A stretch of 64,000 nt of DNA from IMG/VR virus record IMGVR_UViG_3300003323_000567, positions 32,001 through 96,000 of that record; one strand, written 5' to 3'. This DNA is from a virus. Positions 54,308 through 64,000 of the stretch are shown here, piece after piece (within the stretch, counting starts at the first letter, position 1; every line of letters starts with the position of its first letter). The notes under the pieces are model-generated. The model ran no database searches and was not told where the DNA came from. It saw nothing but the letters and a program-made list of their open reading frames with translations. The translations under genes and the position numbers were made by a program.

Positions 54308-54331
54308 TCCTCTCTAATGAGAGGATTTTTG
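54308..54331 (+). terminator. terminator closing the tRNA region
   Basis: ATCCTCTC-TAAT-GAGAGGAT-TTTT. Confidence 0.8.
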
Positions 54332-54411
54332 CTTTTTATGGCATTAAGTCCCAGATACTTACATATTACTTCAAAAAAGGTCGTTAACTTTGTAAAAGAA
54401 AACCAAGCTAC

Positions 54412-54771
54412 ATGAAGGTAATTGTGCAGAAAATACGGAGAGAGGTAGCTTCTGACGTGGAAAAGGCAATAAGGTATTATTCTGTACTCCTTGCTCTGAA
54501 TCAAGTTAAGCTTCCACAGAAGCAGCTATATCTATTGGCATTCACTGCAGCCCGAGGGAGTATAACATCTCCTGCTGCAAGAAAGGAATTTGTAGAGATG
54601 TTTGATAGTTCCCTGGCATCTTTGGAGAACATGAAGCAAGAACTTGTTAAGTCTGGTTTTCTGGTCCAAACTGACATGAAGTATAGAGTTAATCCAAGCA
54701 TTGCTCTGGATTTCTCAAAGGATATACAATTACAGATAAACCTAAAGGGAAGTGAAAAAGACCCAAGATAG
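54412..54771 (+). CDS. putative winged-helix DNA-binding protein
   Basis: 119 aa, LVKSGFLV...YRVNP; preceded by TAACTTTG. Confidence 0.55.
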   Translation: MKVIVQKIRREVASDVEKAIRYYSVLLALNQVKLPQKQLYLLAFTAARGSITSPAARKEFVEMFDSSLASLENMKQELVKSGFLVQTDMKYRVNPSIALDFSKDIQLQINLKGSEKDPR

Positions 54772-55132
54772 TATAGCAACAGACAAGCTGAAAGCTGTAT
54801 TAGTTACAAGGACTGCTATAAAGACTCTTGTTCCAGAAGACATAGTAGAGAAAGTTATAATGTTCCAGTTCAAGGATGCAAGAGATGCAATGACAGAACA
54901 TGAGCAGGTGGAGATAACAGGCTTTGGAAAATTTATGACCTCCCCTAATAAGCTCAAAAACCAAATACACAAACTGGAAGAGACACTCAAAAGCATGGAG
55001 GCAAAGTTCAGAGATAGGCCTAATGAAATCCCGGCAAGAAGATTAGCAGTCTGGGAAAAGCTCACAGAAGCCATAGAAGTTGAACTTGCTTGCCTAAAAA
55101 CCAAAAAGGGGGGATATGAAAGTAAGCCTTAA
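54752..55132 (+). CDS. IHF/HU-like DNA-binding protein
   Basis: VEITGFGKF motif; location upstream of terminase as in crAss-like phages. Confidence 0.7.
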   Translation: MKKTQDSIATDKLKAVLVTRTAIKTLVPEDIVEKVIMFQFKDARDAMTEHEQVEITGFGKFMTSPNKLKNQIHKLEETLKSMEAKFRDRPNEIPARRLAVWEKLTEAIEVELACLKTKKGGYESKP

Positions 55133-55436
55133 AGGAATATTGGAGGGAATATGGAACTCAGTATTCATAAAGAAAGAAATAGAAAAGATTGCCAAGGAGA
55201 GAGAGGATATCTGCAGAAATCATTGCCTCATGAACTCCGATGCTCAGAAGGAAATGAACAACTATAAAACCTTCAGACCAGATTTCCATTGCACAGTCTG
55301 TGGATGCGACTTACATCTGAAGACCAGAGCCCTCTCTCAAGAATGCCCCTTAGGGAAATGGAAGGCCCAGATGTCACAGGAGGAGGAGCTTGAAGTAATT
55401 AAAAAGCTGGAAGATGAAGATAGCAAGACTAAGTAA
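55116..55436 (+). CDS. Cys-rich (zinc-binding) protein
   Basis: R..IC...C...CTVCGC....KTR.....CPLGKW. Confidence 0.7.
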   Translation: MKVSLKGILEGIWNSVFIKKEIEKIAKEREDICRNHCLMNSDAQKEMNNYKTFRPDFHCTVCGCDLHLKTRALSQECPLGKWKAQMSQEEELEVIKKLEDEDSKTK

Positions 55437-55602
55437 TGTTCCTATTAGAGACCTGCTGATAATCCTTACCAGACTGTCAATGCAGTATGATGCTGTAGAT
55501 GTCATAATAGACATAGAAGGAAATAAGATCATCCTAGATCCTATAGATAGAATTCAGGATGATTCACAGATTACTGACGAAAATATTTATACACTTATTT
55601 AA
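55414..55602 (+). CDS. hypothetical protein
   Basis: 62-aa ORF. Confidence 0.6.
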   Translation: MKIARLSNVPIRDLLIILTRLSMQYDAVDVIIDIEGNKIILDPIDRIQDDSQITDENIYTLI

Positions 55603-55617
55603 ACCAAAAACTACAAG

Positions 55618-55809
55618 ATGGGAGCACCAATCAATTCATTCGAGATAGTCGAGTCAATCAGGTTCTTTGCACAACTAGTTGCAACAGAAGGAATAGACGA
55701 CACTACAAAGTTCAAAGTAAACCAGTACATATCCAGATTGGTAGATGCACTAGAACCTAGTGTAGCCGACACTACAGCCAAAGCATCTGGTCTGACAATC
55801 GTAAACTAA
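55618..55809 (+). CDS. hypothetical protein
   Basis: 63-aa ORF. Confidence 0.6.
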   Translation: MGAPINSFEIVESIRFFAQLVATEGIDDTTKFKVNQYISRLVDALEPSVADTTAKASGLTIVN

Positions 55810-55814
55810 AGAGT

Positions 55815-56093
55815 ATGGGAAAGAAAGCTACGCCTTATAATCAGGCAGTGCAAATACTGCTTGACCTTAAACGGGAATATCCCACTAATACTCTGGGACA
55901 ACACATCGCCACTGCCCTTGGGGACTATGGGGATATATGGGGGTTGACAGATAAAGAATTTTTATTTGCCCTGGAGAAGTATAAAACTGAAATGGAACTA
56001 AACATTGTCTCTGACTCGGAAGTAGACAAGATAGTAAGGGACGCAGAAAACCTGGATACATTGTTCCAGGATGAGGAGGAAGATGGCTACTAA
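55815..56093 (+). CDS. hypothetical protein
   Basis: 92-aa ORF. Confidence 0.65.
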   Translation: MGKKATPYNQAVQILLDLKREYPTNTLGQHIATALGDYGDIWGLTDKEFLFALEKYKTEMELNIVSDSEVDKIVRDAENLDTLFQDEEEDGY

Positions 56094-56379
56094 GAAACAG
56101 GAAAACAGCTATATAGGAATGGAGCTCGAGTGGCTTGACAAGAAGGCCACTGAGATCCGTGAATACTGTAATCAACCTATCCATCAGATAACTGACCGTA
56201 AAGACGGACAAAAAGTCATAGCAAAAAAAGAGGATATAATCAAGTCCATAAGAGAAACTCTAAAGGACTACATCCAGATTATAGCAGCCCTCGATACTCT
56301 AAGGGAGAAAGAAGCATCTAAGACACCTTCAGTAAGGGGTGATCAGGAACTTTCCCCTCTTGAAAAAGGTGAGATCTAA
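56083..56379 (+). CDS. hypothetical protein, possible terminase small subunit
   Basis: Immediately upstream of and coupled to the large subunit. Confidence 0.45.
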   Translation: MATKKQENSYIGMELEWLDKKATEIREYCNQPIHQITDRKDGQKVIAKKEDIIKSIRETLKDYIQIIAALDTLREKEASKTPSVRGDQELSPLEKGEI

Positions 56380-58481
56380 TGATAGACACTAAGTATACTC
56401 GACCAACTAAAAACATCTGGTTCCCAGATCAGGTAGAACCAGAGTATGATCCTGCAGATGAAGCTGTCATGGAAGTCTTTAAGGCTTACTGGGCAGAAGA
56501 GAAGCGCAGAATGAAGGAAGGCTTCTATCTAGCTGACGGTCAGGTTTTTATCTCAGGTTGGCTATATTGGCATACAGTATACTGGAATATCGCCATGTAT
56601 ATTGAAAATGAAAAGCTTGGTAAAAAAATCAGGGTAATAAAAACACCCTATCTCAGGGATATAGAATGGATCATAGCTAATGACTTTGTTCAATGTGAGA
56701 AGCTCGGGAAATTCTATCCATTAGTTGGATCTCGTGACTTCGGGAAATCTATTATAGCAGGATCCAGAGCTGGATATAATTATACCCTATTTGACAAATC
56801 AGAATCCATAATTAGTGCAGGGAATGCTACTTATATCAAACTAGCCACTGATAAAGTTGAAGATGGGCTCATTAATTTACATCCAATTCTAGCAAAGCAA
56901 AGGATAATAAATGACTGGAAGAAGGAAGTAAAGGCAGGATGGAAAGATAAGAAGACTGGAATAACTCATCCTAATTCTTCTCAATCCTCTATCCAGATAA
57001 GAAACTTTGAAGAAGGATCAAAGACAGATGCTGCTGTAGGAGCCAGACCTGGCTTTCATCTCATAGATGAAATTGGTACAATCAAAAACTTCATTGCCTG
57101 TTTAAAGGACTCTGAAGGAGCATGGTGGTCAGGTGTTACTGAAGGGGAGGTAGACAAACCCTCTTGTCTGGCAATGATAACTGGAACAGGAGGAGACATG
57201 GAAAAAGGAAAGGAGGCTGCAGAAGTCTTCACTCATCCTGAAGCATATAACATGCTGGCATTTGACAACCCTGAGATCCCTGGTACCAAGATGGGAAGAT
57301 TCATCAATGCTCTGATGGCAAAGATGAAGTACAAGGATCCAATGAAACTTTCAGATTATCTCGGGATACAACATCCTGATTTAGAGAAGATTGAGATTCT
57401 TGTTACTAATGAACAGAAGGCAAGAGAATGGTGGGATAGAGAACACTCCAGAGCCTTAAAGTCAAACAACCAGAAGACCTTATTAAAATTCAAGGCTTTT
57501 TGGCCACTTGTACCATCAGATAGCTTCCTGGTTCTCACTAAGAATGACTTCAATATAGAAGCTGCCAAGGCCCAGAAATCAAAACTAGCTGCCCTTGGGA
57601 AGACAGGAACTCCGGTTGAACTATATCATGACGGTGAGAAGATCTGTCATAAGTTCACTGATAAATTTCCAATATCAGAATTCCCAGCCAAAACTCTCGG
57701 CACTCTGGATGCTCCGGTAGTCATCTGGGAGTTTCCTATAGAAGATGAGCCCCCATTTGGCTTGTATATAGCCGGGGTTGACCCCTATAGACAAGGTAGG
57801 GCTGAGTATTCAGATTCCCTGGGGGCAGTATACATCTTTAAGAGAATTCATGACATACAATCGGACAAATATCAGAACCTATTTGTAGCCTCATATGTAG
57901 CAAGGCCTGATAGCAAAGATAAGTGGAATGAGACAGCCAGACTTCTGATCAAATATTATAATGCTTATACTCTTTGTGAGAATGATGAGTATAGCTTTAT
58001 AGACTACATGGTAAAGAAAGGGGATGCTGCCAGATATCTGGCCCCTCAGCCAAGCTGGCTTAGGGAGATTGTACCAAATACTTCAGTTAGAAGGGATTAT
58101 GGAATTCACAGATCTAGTGACAGGATTAGAAATCACCTGGATGGCTTACTAAAATCCTACCTGGATGATGTGATATATAGAGATGAAGAGAAAGGATATG
58201 AAACCCTAGGAGTAACAAGGGTATTTGATCCAATGCTTCTGGAAGAGATTATTCACTTCAATTCAGAGGAAGGAAACTATGACCGCGTAGTAGCAGCTGA
58301 GCTTGCCATTGCCCTGGCGGACCATTTGAATCCTCAGTTCGTAGTAGCCTCAGATAAGAAGGATCCAAGATTTGAGGCATATTTCTCAGGAAAAAAGAGC
58401 TCCAATAAGGTAATAGATTTTTCAACATCAACACCTATGATTTCCACAAGGGGAAGGTTAAGATCAAAATTATTTATATAG
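56379..58481 (+). CDS. terL: terminase large subunit
   Basis: SRDFGKS Walker A, LIDEIG Walker B, GTGG, AGVDPY nuclease, NYDRV. Confidence 0.92.
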   Translation: MIDTKYTRPTKNIWFPDQVEPEYDPADEAVMEVFKAYWAEEKRRMKEGFYLADGQVFISGWLYWHTVYWNIAMYIENEKLGKKIRVIKTPYLRDIEWIIANDFVQCEKLGKFYPLVGSRDFGKSIIAGSRAGYNYTLFDKSESIISAGNATYIKLATDKVEDGLINLHPILAKQRIINDWKKEVKAGWKDKKTGITHPNSSQSSIQIRNFEEGSKTDAAVGARPGFHLIDEIGTIKNFIACLKDSEGAWWSGVTEGEVDKPSCLAMITGTGGDMEKGKEAAEVFTHPEAYNMLAFDNPEIPGTKMGRFINALMAKMKYKDPMKLSDYLGIQHPDLEKIEILVTNEQKAREWWDREHSRALKSNNQKTLLKFKAFWPLVPSDSFLVLTKNDFNIEAAKAQKSKLAALGKTGTPVELYHDGEKICHKFTDKFPISEFPAKTLGTLDAPVVIWEFPIEDEPPFGLYIAGVDPYRQGRAEYSDSLGAVYIFKRIHDIQSDKYQNLFVASYVARPDSKDKWNETARLLIKYYNAYTLCENDEYSFIDYMVKKGDAARYLAPQPSWLREIVPNTSVRRDYGIHRSSDRIRNHLDGLLKSYLDDVIYRDEEKGYETLGVTRVFDPMLLEEIIHFNSEEGNYDRVVAAELAIALADHLNPQFVVASDKKDPRFEAYFSGKKSSNKVIDFSTSTPMISTRGRLRSKLFI

Positions 58482-58484
58482 CAG

Positions 58485-61073
58485 ATGCCTATAATCATAC
58501 ATTCAAAGGATCAGAATCTTGACTGGGCAAGATGGAATATTTACCCAGATCAGTTCGTCCCAGAGGCTGAGAAAAGAACAGATGATTGGATGAAATCCAA
58601 TATGGACTATTTTGCCAATGTGGCTTATTCACAGTTCATTAAAGGTAAGGACACTTTCGTAAACAACTATAATCTGGTTAAAGGAATCCTAAGACCACAG
58701 GATTTTTATATCTCAGATACTGATGATCCTGAATTAAGATCATTTGCTGACACAGTGGTCAGGGATGTGGAGTTACCAAACTATGTAAAGCACTATCCAA
58801 TCCTGAATCCTCCTTTAAACACCATGTTAGGAGAATTATCAAGAAGACCAGATGTAGCTAGGGTAAAAGCTTTTGATGAAGACTCAAAGAACGAGGAACT
58901 TCAATTTAAAACGGAGATTCTCCAACAGTTCATCCTGGAACAGGCCAAGTCTAAAATGACCACGCAGCTTGGAATACAGGGACAGGCTAATATGAGTGAG
59001 CAAGATCAGGAGCAGCTTACTATGGAAAAGGTGGCTGAGTACATGACTGATTATACCTCCCTGGCAGAGAAATGGGGAAATCACGTCCTGGAAGCTATGA
59101 AGATGCAGATGAACTTAAAGGAGATCTCAGAAGATTGTTTTAGAGATCTACTGATTTGTTCAAGGGAGTTCTATCATATATATGAAGCTAATACTAAGCT
59201 CGGGGTAGCAGTAGAAAACCTGAACCCAAAGAATGTATGGTTTCTCACACTGCCAGACAAGAAGTACATAAAGAATGCTTTCGCAGCAGGGACAGTACAT
59301 GTAATGGAGCTATCTGAAATTCTTGAGAGGTTCGATCTTTCCAAGAAGGAAGTTGACCACTTGAGGAAAGGAGTAAGAGAACTTTCCCTATTCTCCCCAA
59401 GGGAATCGAACTTTGAAAACCCTAATGTATCTGGTTGGGAATCAATCAAATACGATACTTATTCTCCATACATAGTCCAGCAGAGACTTCTGGTTGAATC
59501 TATGCTTAAAGAGAACGTGGATCCCCTGAATGATTTCCTGGGTTTATCTTCGAACGTAAACACCTTTGGTAATAAATATGTGGTTGTACAAGCTTATTGG
59601 TGTTCTAAGAAGAAGGTCGGTAAACTTACTTTTACAGATGAGGAAGGAGTAGAGCAAACAACGCTGGTAGATGAATCCTATAAGAAGATTCCAAATGAAG
59701 TATCAATTGAATGGAACTATGTGAATCAATGGTTTAAGGGGTACAAAATTGGATCTGATGTGTATAATGTAGAACCTTTCGACCTCCTGGAGTACTGCCC
59801 TATTATAGGAGTAGTGCATGAGATAAAGAACATCAACGAAGCTAAGAGCCTTGTAGATCTGATAAAGCCCTACCAGATCCTCTATAATGTTTGCATGAAC
59901 CAGCTCTACAAATTGCTGGAAAAGGAAATAGGTAATGTGTATCTGATGTCCATGAGACATATTCCTATCCCCAAGGATGGCGATGCTCAAGATGCATTGG
60001 AGATCTGGGAACAGGAAGCCAGAAAAAGAGGTGTGGTAATAGTAGATGATTCTCCAGAAAACCTGAAGAGCCCATCTAACTTTAACATGTTCAAGAACAT
60101 AGATTGGACAAGGACAGCTGAAATACAATCAAGGTACACTCTGGCTATGCAACTTAAGCAGGAAGCTTGGGAACTCGTGGGGATTACCAGAGAGAGAACT
60201 GGTGGAGTAGCAGCCACTCAAACAGCTACAGGTACTAATACAGCTCTATCTCAATCCTATGCCCAGACAGAACCCTACTTTGCACAGCATGAGTATGTAT
60301 TAAATGATGTGTATCAGGCAGTTCTGGATGCAGTTCAGAGTATTGAGGTAAAGAAACCATGGTCAACAATCTCCTATATTAATACAGAAGGAGAACAAGC
60401 CTTCATTAGAGTAAACTCCCAAGACATCACCCTCAGGGATCTGCAAGTATTTGTTACTACTAGGGCAAATGATCAAAGGGCTTTCGAAGAGTTGAAACAG
60501 CTGGCCCAACCTATGTTACAGAATGGAGCTACTCCATATGAAATATCTGTTCTATATACTACCAACTCTATAAGGCAGATGAAGCAGGTCTTCAAGTCTC
60601 TCAAGGATAAGATAGACCAAATGCAACAACAAGAGCAACAGATCAAACAACAAGAGCTTCAACAGCAACAAGCTATGTTCCAGCATGAACAAGAGCAGGC
60701 TGCAATTCAAGATCAGCTAGATAAAGAGTTCGAACATGGTGAAAATGAGCTGGATAGGTTGAATAAGAAAGAGGTTGCTCTGATAGCAGCTGCAGCTAAA
60801 GAAAGAAGTGCATTCAAGCCAGAACCAAATGCAGGAGATGAAGATATGGCTCTTGCAGCTGAAGCAGCTCAGGAAGGAATGTATAAAGATAGAGATTATC
60901 AGCTGAAGCTTTCCCAAATCCAGCAGAAAGCAAAAGAGTCAAATGACTATGTTGCAATGGAACTTAAGAAGATAGCTCTGGATAGAGAAAAGATACAGGC
61001 TCAGCTTCAGATGAAGAGAATGGATATCAAAGCCAAAAAGGCACAGGCAAAAGCCAAACCAAAATCTAAATAA
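58485..61073 (+). CDS. portal protein (crAss-type)
   Basis: 862 aa after terL; HYPILNP, GITRERTG, Gln-rich coiled-coil C-terminus. Confidence 0.85.
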   Translation: MPIIIHSKDQNLDWARWNIYPDQFVPEAEKRTDDWMKSNMDYFANVAYSQFIKGKDTFVNNYNLVKGILRPQDFYISDTDDPELRSFADTVVRDVELPNYVKHYPILNPPLNTMLGELSRRPDVARVKAFDEDSKNEELQFKTEILQQFILEQAKSKMTTQLGIQGQANMSEQDQEQLTMEKVAEYMTDYTSLAEKWGNHVLEAMKMQMNLKEISEDCFRDLLICSREFYHIYEANTKLGVAVENLNPKNVWFLTLPDKKYIKNAFAAGTVHVMELSEILERFDLSKKEVDHLRKGVRELSLFSPRESNFENPNVSGWESIKYDTYSPYIVQQRLLVESMLKENVDPLNDFLGLSSNVNTFGNKYVVVQAYWCSKKKVGKLTFTDEEGVEQTTLVDESYKKIPNEVSIEWNYVNQWFKGYKIGSDVYNVEPFDLLEYCPIIGVVHEIKNINEAKSLVDLIKPYQILYNVCMNQLYKLLEKEIGNVYLMSMRHIPIPKDGDAQDALEIWEQEARKRGVVIVDDSPENLKSPSNFNMFKNIDWTRTAEIQSRYTLAMQLKQEAWELVGITRERTGGVAATQTATGTNTALSQSYAQTEPYFAQHEYVLNDVYQAVLDAVQSIEVKKPWSTISYINTEGEQAFIRVNSQDITLRDLQVFVTTRANDQRAFEELKQLAQPMLQNGATPYEISVLYTTNSIRQMKQVFKSLKDKIDQMQQQEQQIKQQELQQQQAMFQHEQEQAAIQDQLDKEFEHGENELDRLNKKEVALIAAAAKERSAFKPEPNAGDEDMALAAEAAQEGMYKDRDYQLKLSQIQQKAKESNDYVAMELKKIALDREKIQAQLQMKRMDIKAKKAQAKAKPKSK

Positions 61074-61405
61074 TGAGTCTATTAAAGTTAAAGGCAAAAG
61101 TAAAGCTAGTATCCGAAGAAGATATGGAGCTTGAAGAGATGGATATGGGGATTATAGCCAAGTCCAAAGAGTGGGTATGGAGAGCTATAGCAGTACAAGT
61201 AATAGAAGTCTATAAGGTAATAGCCTATACCTCTACCAAAAGTATTCTACAGATGTATGATGGAGAAAAGATTCTGGTAGCAGAATCATTTGAAGAACTC
61301 TGTGAAAGATGGGAAAAGGCAATCACTGAGCTAAGGTTAGGTGAGGGGGATTGGCCAGTCTATAACCAAACAGGTGAATCTTTCGATTCAGATGAGGAAT
61401 CCTAA
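61073..61405 (+). CDS. hypothetical protein
   Basis: 110-aa ORF coupled to portal. Confidence 0.65.
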   Translation: MSLLKLKAKVKLVSEEDMELEEMDMGIIAKSKEWVWRAIAVQVIEVYKVIAYTSTKSILQMYDGEKILVAESFEELCERWEKAITELRLGEGDWPVYNQTGESFDSDEES

Positions 61406-61512
61406 TGCTATATTAGGCAATATTACTCAGCGTTTTAGAGCTAAACTCTTTGACAGTATAATAATTAGACATAATTTTACACCTTGTTGAAAACCAATAA
61501 AATCAACTAAAT

Positions 61513-62754
61513 ATGGCGGACAGAGAACAATTCTCTTTCTCTGTAAGTGATCTTGGGATAATGTCTACTCAGGAGATTCAAGCAGAAGATTTCTTAAATT
61601 CTGATCCTGAGGACATTAAGGTAATCCAACCAAAGACAGATACAGTTGTAGAGACTGAAGAATCTCAAAAGAAAGCAGTAAAGAAACAACCTCTTAAGAA
61701 ACAACCTATAGAAGAAGAGACTGAAGAGGAGGAAGATAAACCTGAGCCAAAGAAAGAGCTTAAGGATAAACATCTTTATGACGTTCTTGAGGAAAAGGGA
61801 GATGAAGAAACTGAGGAAGCAGATTCTAAAGAAGCCCCCAAGGGAGCAGAGGAGAATGCTGAAGAAGGTGACGAGAACCCATTTGGTACTATAGCTCAAG
61901 AGCTGGTAAACCATGGGATCTTTACTCTCGATGAAGATGAGGAAGGGATTGAACTATCTACCCCCGAGGAGCTACTCGAAAGATTCCAATACGAATCAAG
62001 GAAACAGGCGTCTATGGTAATAGACAAGTTCCTGAGTAGATTCGGAGACAATTATAGGGACATGTTTGAAAATGTCTTTGTAAAAGGAATAAATCCTGTA
62101 GATTATCTGAACCGCTATACTAAAGTAGAAGGAATTAAAGATCTTGATTTGACCGACGAGGCCAATCAGGAAAGAATAGTAAGAGAACTGTACAGATCAG
62201 AGGGTAGGTCTTCTGAATATATCGAGAAAAAGGTCACACAACTTAAAAATTATAATGATCTTCTCGATGAAGCTACAGAGGCTCAAAAGATCCTTGTCAC
62301 AAGAGAACAGCAACAAATTGATGATGCTGCAGCCAAGAAGCAAGAGGAGCTTACAAGAAGACAGCAGATTAGAACTGAATATGTCAATAATGTAGGTAAG
62401 ATCTTAAATGACAAGATAAAGGCAAAAGACTTCGATGGAATTCCTGTAGACAGAAAGTTCGCTGAGAATATTTATGGCTACTTAACTCAAGAAAGATTCC
62501 AAACCGCTGATGGAGAGCTACTTACAACTTTTGATAAGGATATCCTGGATCTAAAGAGACCAGAGAATCATGAAACCAGAGTTAAGATAGCAATGCTCCT
62601 TCAACTTCTGAAAGAAGATCCCCAATTAACTAAGCTGGCCAAAAAGGCCGTTTCTAAAGAAAGTAACACTCTTTTCCAAGGTCTGAAGAAAACAGCTATG
62701 AAGTCTGGAAAAAAAGAGACTGAGAAAGAGCCTGAAGTTAAATCTTGGTTTTAA
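61513..62754 (+). CDS. acidic scaffold-like head assembly protein
   Basis: Very acidic N-terminus, helical C-terminus, between portal and capsid genes. Confidence 0.6.
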   Translation: MADREQFSFSVSDLGIMSTQEIQAEDFLNSDPEDIKVIQPKTDTVVETEESQKKAVKKQPLKKQPIEEETEEEEDKPEPKKELKDKHLYDVLEEKGDEETEEADSKEAPKGAEENAEEGDENPFGTIAQELVNHGIFTLDEDEEGIELSTPEELLERFQYESRKQASMVIDKFLSRFGDNYRDMFENVFVKGINPVDYLNRYTKVEGIKDLDLTDEANQERIVRELYRSEGRSSEYIEKKVTQLKNYNDLLDEATEAQKILVTREQQQIDDAAAKKQEELTRRQQIRTEYVNNVGKILNDKIKAKDFDGIPVDRKFAENIYGYLTQERFQTADGELLTTFDKDILDLKRPENHETRVKIAMLLQLLKEDPQLTKLAKKAVSKESNTLFQGLKKTAMKSGKKETEKEPEVKSWF

Positions 62755-62780
62755 TCCTATAACAAAATAATAGAGCAAAG

Positions 62781-64000
62781 ATGGCTTTACAAACAATACC
62801 TGGTTTTACCGGTTTTGCCTATGCCAGGGTAGCATCAATGGATAAGCGTGCGATTGGTAAACTCACAGACACAAACCACCTGGAGTCTTTCCACACCACT
62901 GATCCTGCGGACTACGACAAAAAGATCATATCCATCTACACACAGAGTTCATTGTATGCCAATGACTTCTTGGACATGATCAACAAGTCTACTCCGTTCT
63001 ACATTGACACTAACTCTGACGCATGGCAATGGGAGGTAGAAGTACCATATAAATTCCCAAAGATCATCGAGATTCCTACTTCAACCGTGAATTTAACAAC
63101 TCCGGGTATTGATGGTCAAGAGTTTCAATTCGTGATGGATTCAGCTGAGTTTACTCAGAACATGATCATCACTCCACACAAAATCTACGGTCAACAATTC
63201 GCAATTATCAGAGATCCACAACCTTATAATGCTGGATTCCTGTACACTGCAACTCTGGTATCTGCCAATCCAAAAGCAGAGTTCGTTGATCCAACCTTCT
63301 TACAGCCTGGTATAGAGTTCTCTCTTGTGAGCCAGTCTATTGGAGAGTTCGATGAAGATCTACCTGGTCTTCCTCGTATGGCTGAAAAGATTACTATGTA
63401 TGAGTCTCTTGGTTCAGCTGTGGGTTACAAGCACACTATTACTGGTTGGGCTGATGACAGAATGCTCAAGAATAGTGATGGTATGCCTCTCGATCTGATG
63501 GTATACATTAATGGTAAGAGAAACGAAAAGCCAGTTACAAGACATGATGTTCGTTGGGAACCTTTCATCGAGTTCTGGATGAGAAAAGCAATGCTTGATC
63601 TGAAGGTTCAGAAGATGATCTGGGGTAAACCAGGTATCGTGAAGACAAGAGGTTCTAAGCAGGAAGTTAAGAAAGTATCTGCTGGTGTGTACTATAGAAT
63701 GAGAAACAATGGTAACCTCGTTCAATATAACAGAGGTGAATTCTCTACAAATATCTTCCGTGCTGTGTTTGGAGACCTGTTCTACAGACGTGTGGACGTG
63801 AAAGACAGAAGAGTTAAGATCTACACAAATGAAGCAGGATTTGATGTATTCGACCAAGCTCTTAAAGATGATGCTCTGAACAGTGGTCTGACAATTATTG
63901 CAGACACAAGGTTCATCCAAGGCGCAGAGCAAAAGCTGACCCTGAACTATGCCTTCTCAAGCATGGTAACTCGTGAAACAGGTAGGATTGAGCTGGTTCA
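62781..64000 (+). CDS. major capsid protein (truncated by window end)
   Basis: Manual translation MALQTIPGFTGFAYARVASMDKRAIGKLTDTNHL...; appears open to the window end; crAss gene order terL-portal-x-MCP. Confidence 0.8.
   Translation, partial: MALQTIPGFTGFAYARVASMDKRAIGKLTDTNHLESFHTTDPADYDKKIISIYTQSSLYANDFLDMINKSTPFYIDTNSDAWQWEVEVPYKFPKIIEIPTSTVNLTTPGIDGQEFQFVMDSAEFTQNMIITPHKIYGQQFAIIRDPQPYNAGFLYTATLVSANPKAEFVDPTFLQPGIEFSLVSQSIGEFDEDLPGLPRMAEKITMYESLGSAVGYKHTITGWADDRMLKNSDGMPLDLMVYINGKRNEKPVTRHDVRWEPFIEFWMRKAMLDLKVQKMIWGKPGIVKTRGSKQEVKKVSAGVYYRMRNNGNLVQYNRGEFSTNIFRAVFGDLFYRRVDVKDRRVKIYTNEAGFDVFDQALKDDALNSGLTIIADTRFIQGAEQKLTLNYAFSSMVTRETGRIELV

Noticed and set aside
53846-54504. ORFs 53846-54079, 54160-54504, 54167-54415 (also 51074-51361, 51814-52002, 52921-53142)
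   Set aside because: They overlap tRNA genes and lack protein-like features.
17952-61073. Inteins or introns in polymerase, terminase or portal
   Set aside because: The ORFs are continuous with ordinary lengths and no recognisable splicing motifs.
63414-63932. Minus-strand 172-aa ORF
   Set aside because: Antisense to the major capsid gene.
1-64000. Stop-codon reassignment as in some crAss-like phages
   Set aside because: Long genes are intact in the standard code, all three stops end genes, and no suppressor tRNA was seen.

Overview
A 64-kb segment of a large crAss-like (Crassvirales-type) phage genome. The host is probably a Bacteroidota: several promoters match TTTG-N20-TAnnTTTG. The genetic code appears standard. 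Positions 1-49.3 kb are on the minus strand. They hold a ubiquitin-like/E2-like/JAB module, replication genes (UDG, primase, AAA ATPase, DnaB-like helicase, family B polymerase), NAD-salvage and sugar-modification genes, many small accessory genes, and unusually many structured or tRNA-like non-coding elements. After a non-coding strand switch (~49.3-50.0 kb), the plus strand carries 25 tRNA genes covering all 20 amino acids, then the crAss-type head module (IHF-like protein, terminase, portal, scaffold-like protein, truncated major capsid protein). Two systems stand out. (1) The tRNAs form three operons, each preceded by promoter, short leader peptide and antiterminator/terminator. The codons in each leader match the tRNA set downstream of it, suggesting attenuation that senses tRNA depletion. 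(2) An array of nine stem-ACAGCAA RNA units, some with circularly permuted tRNA domains like YrlA Y RNAs, lies directly downstream of a DUF2828-like (Ro60/TROVE-like + vWA) gene. All calls come from reading the sequence by eye; no database searches were run.
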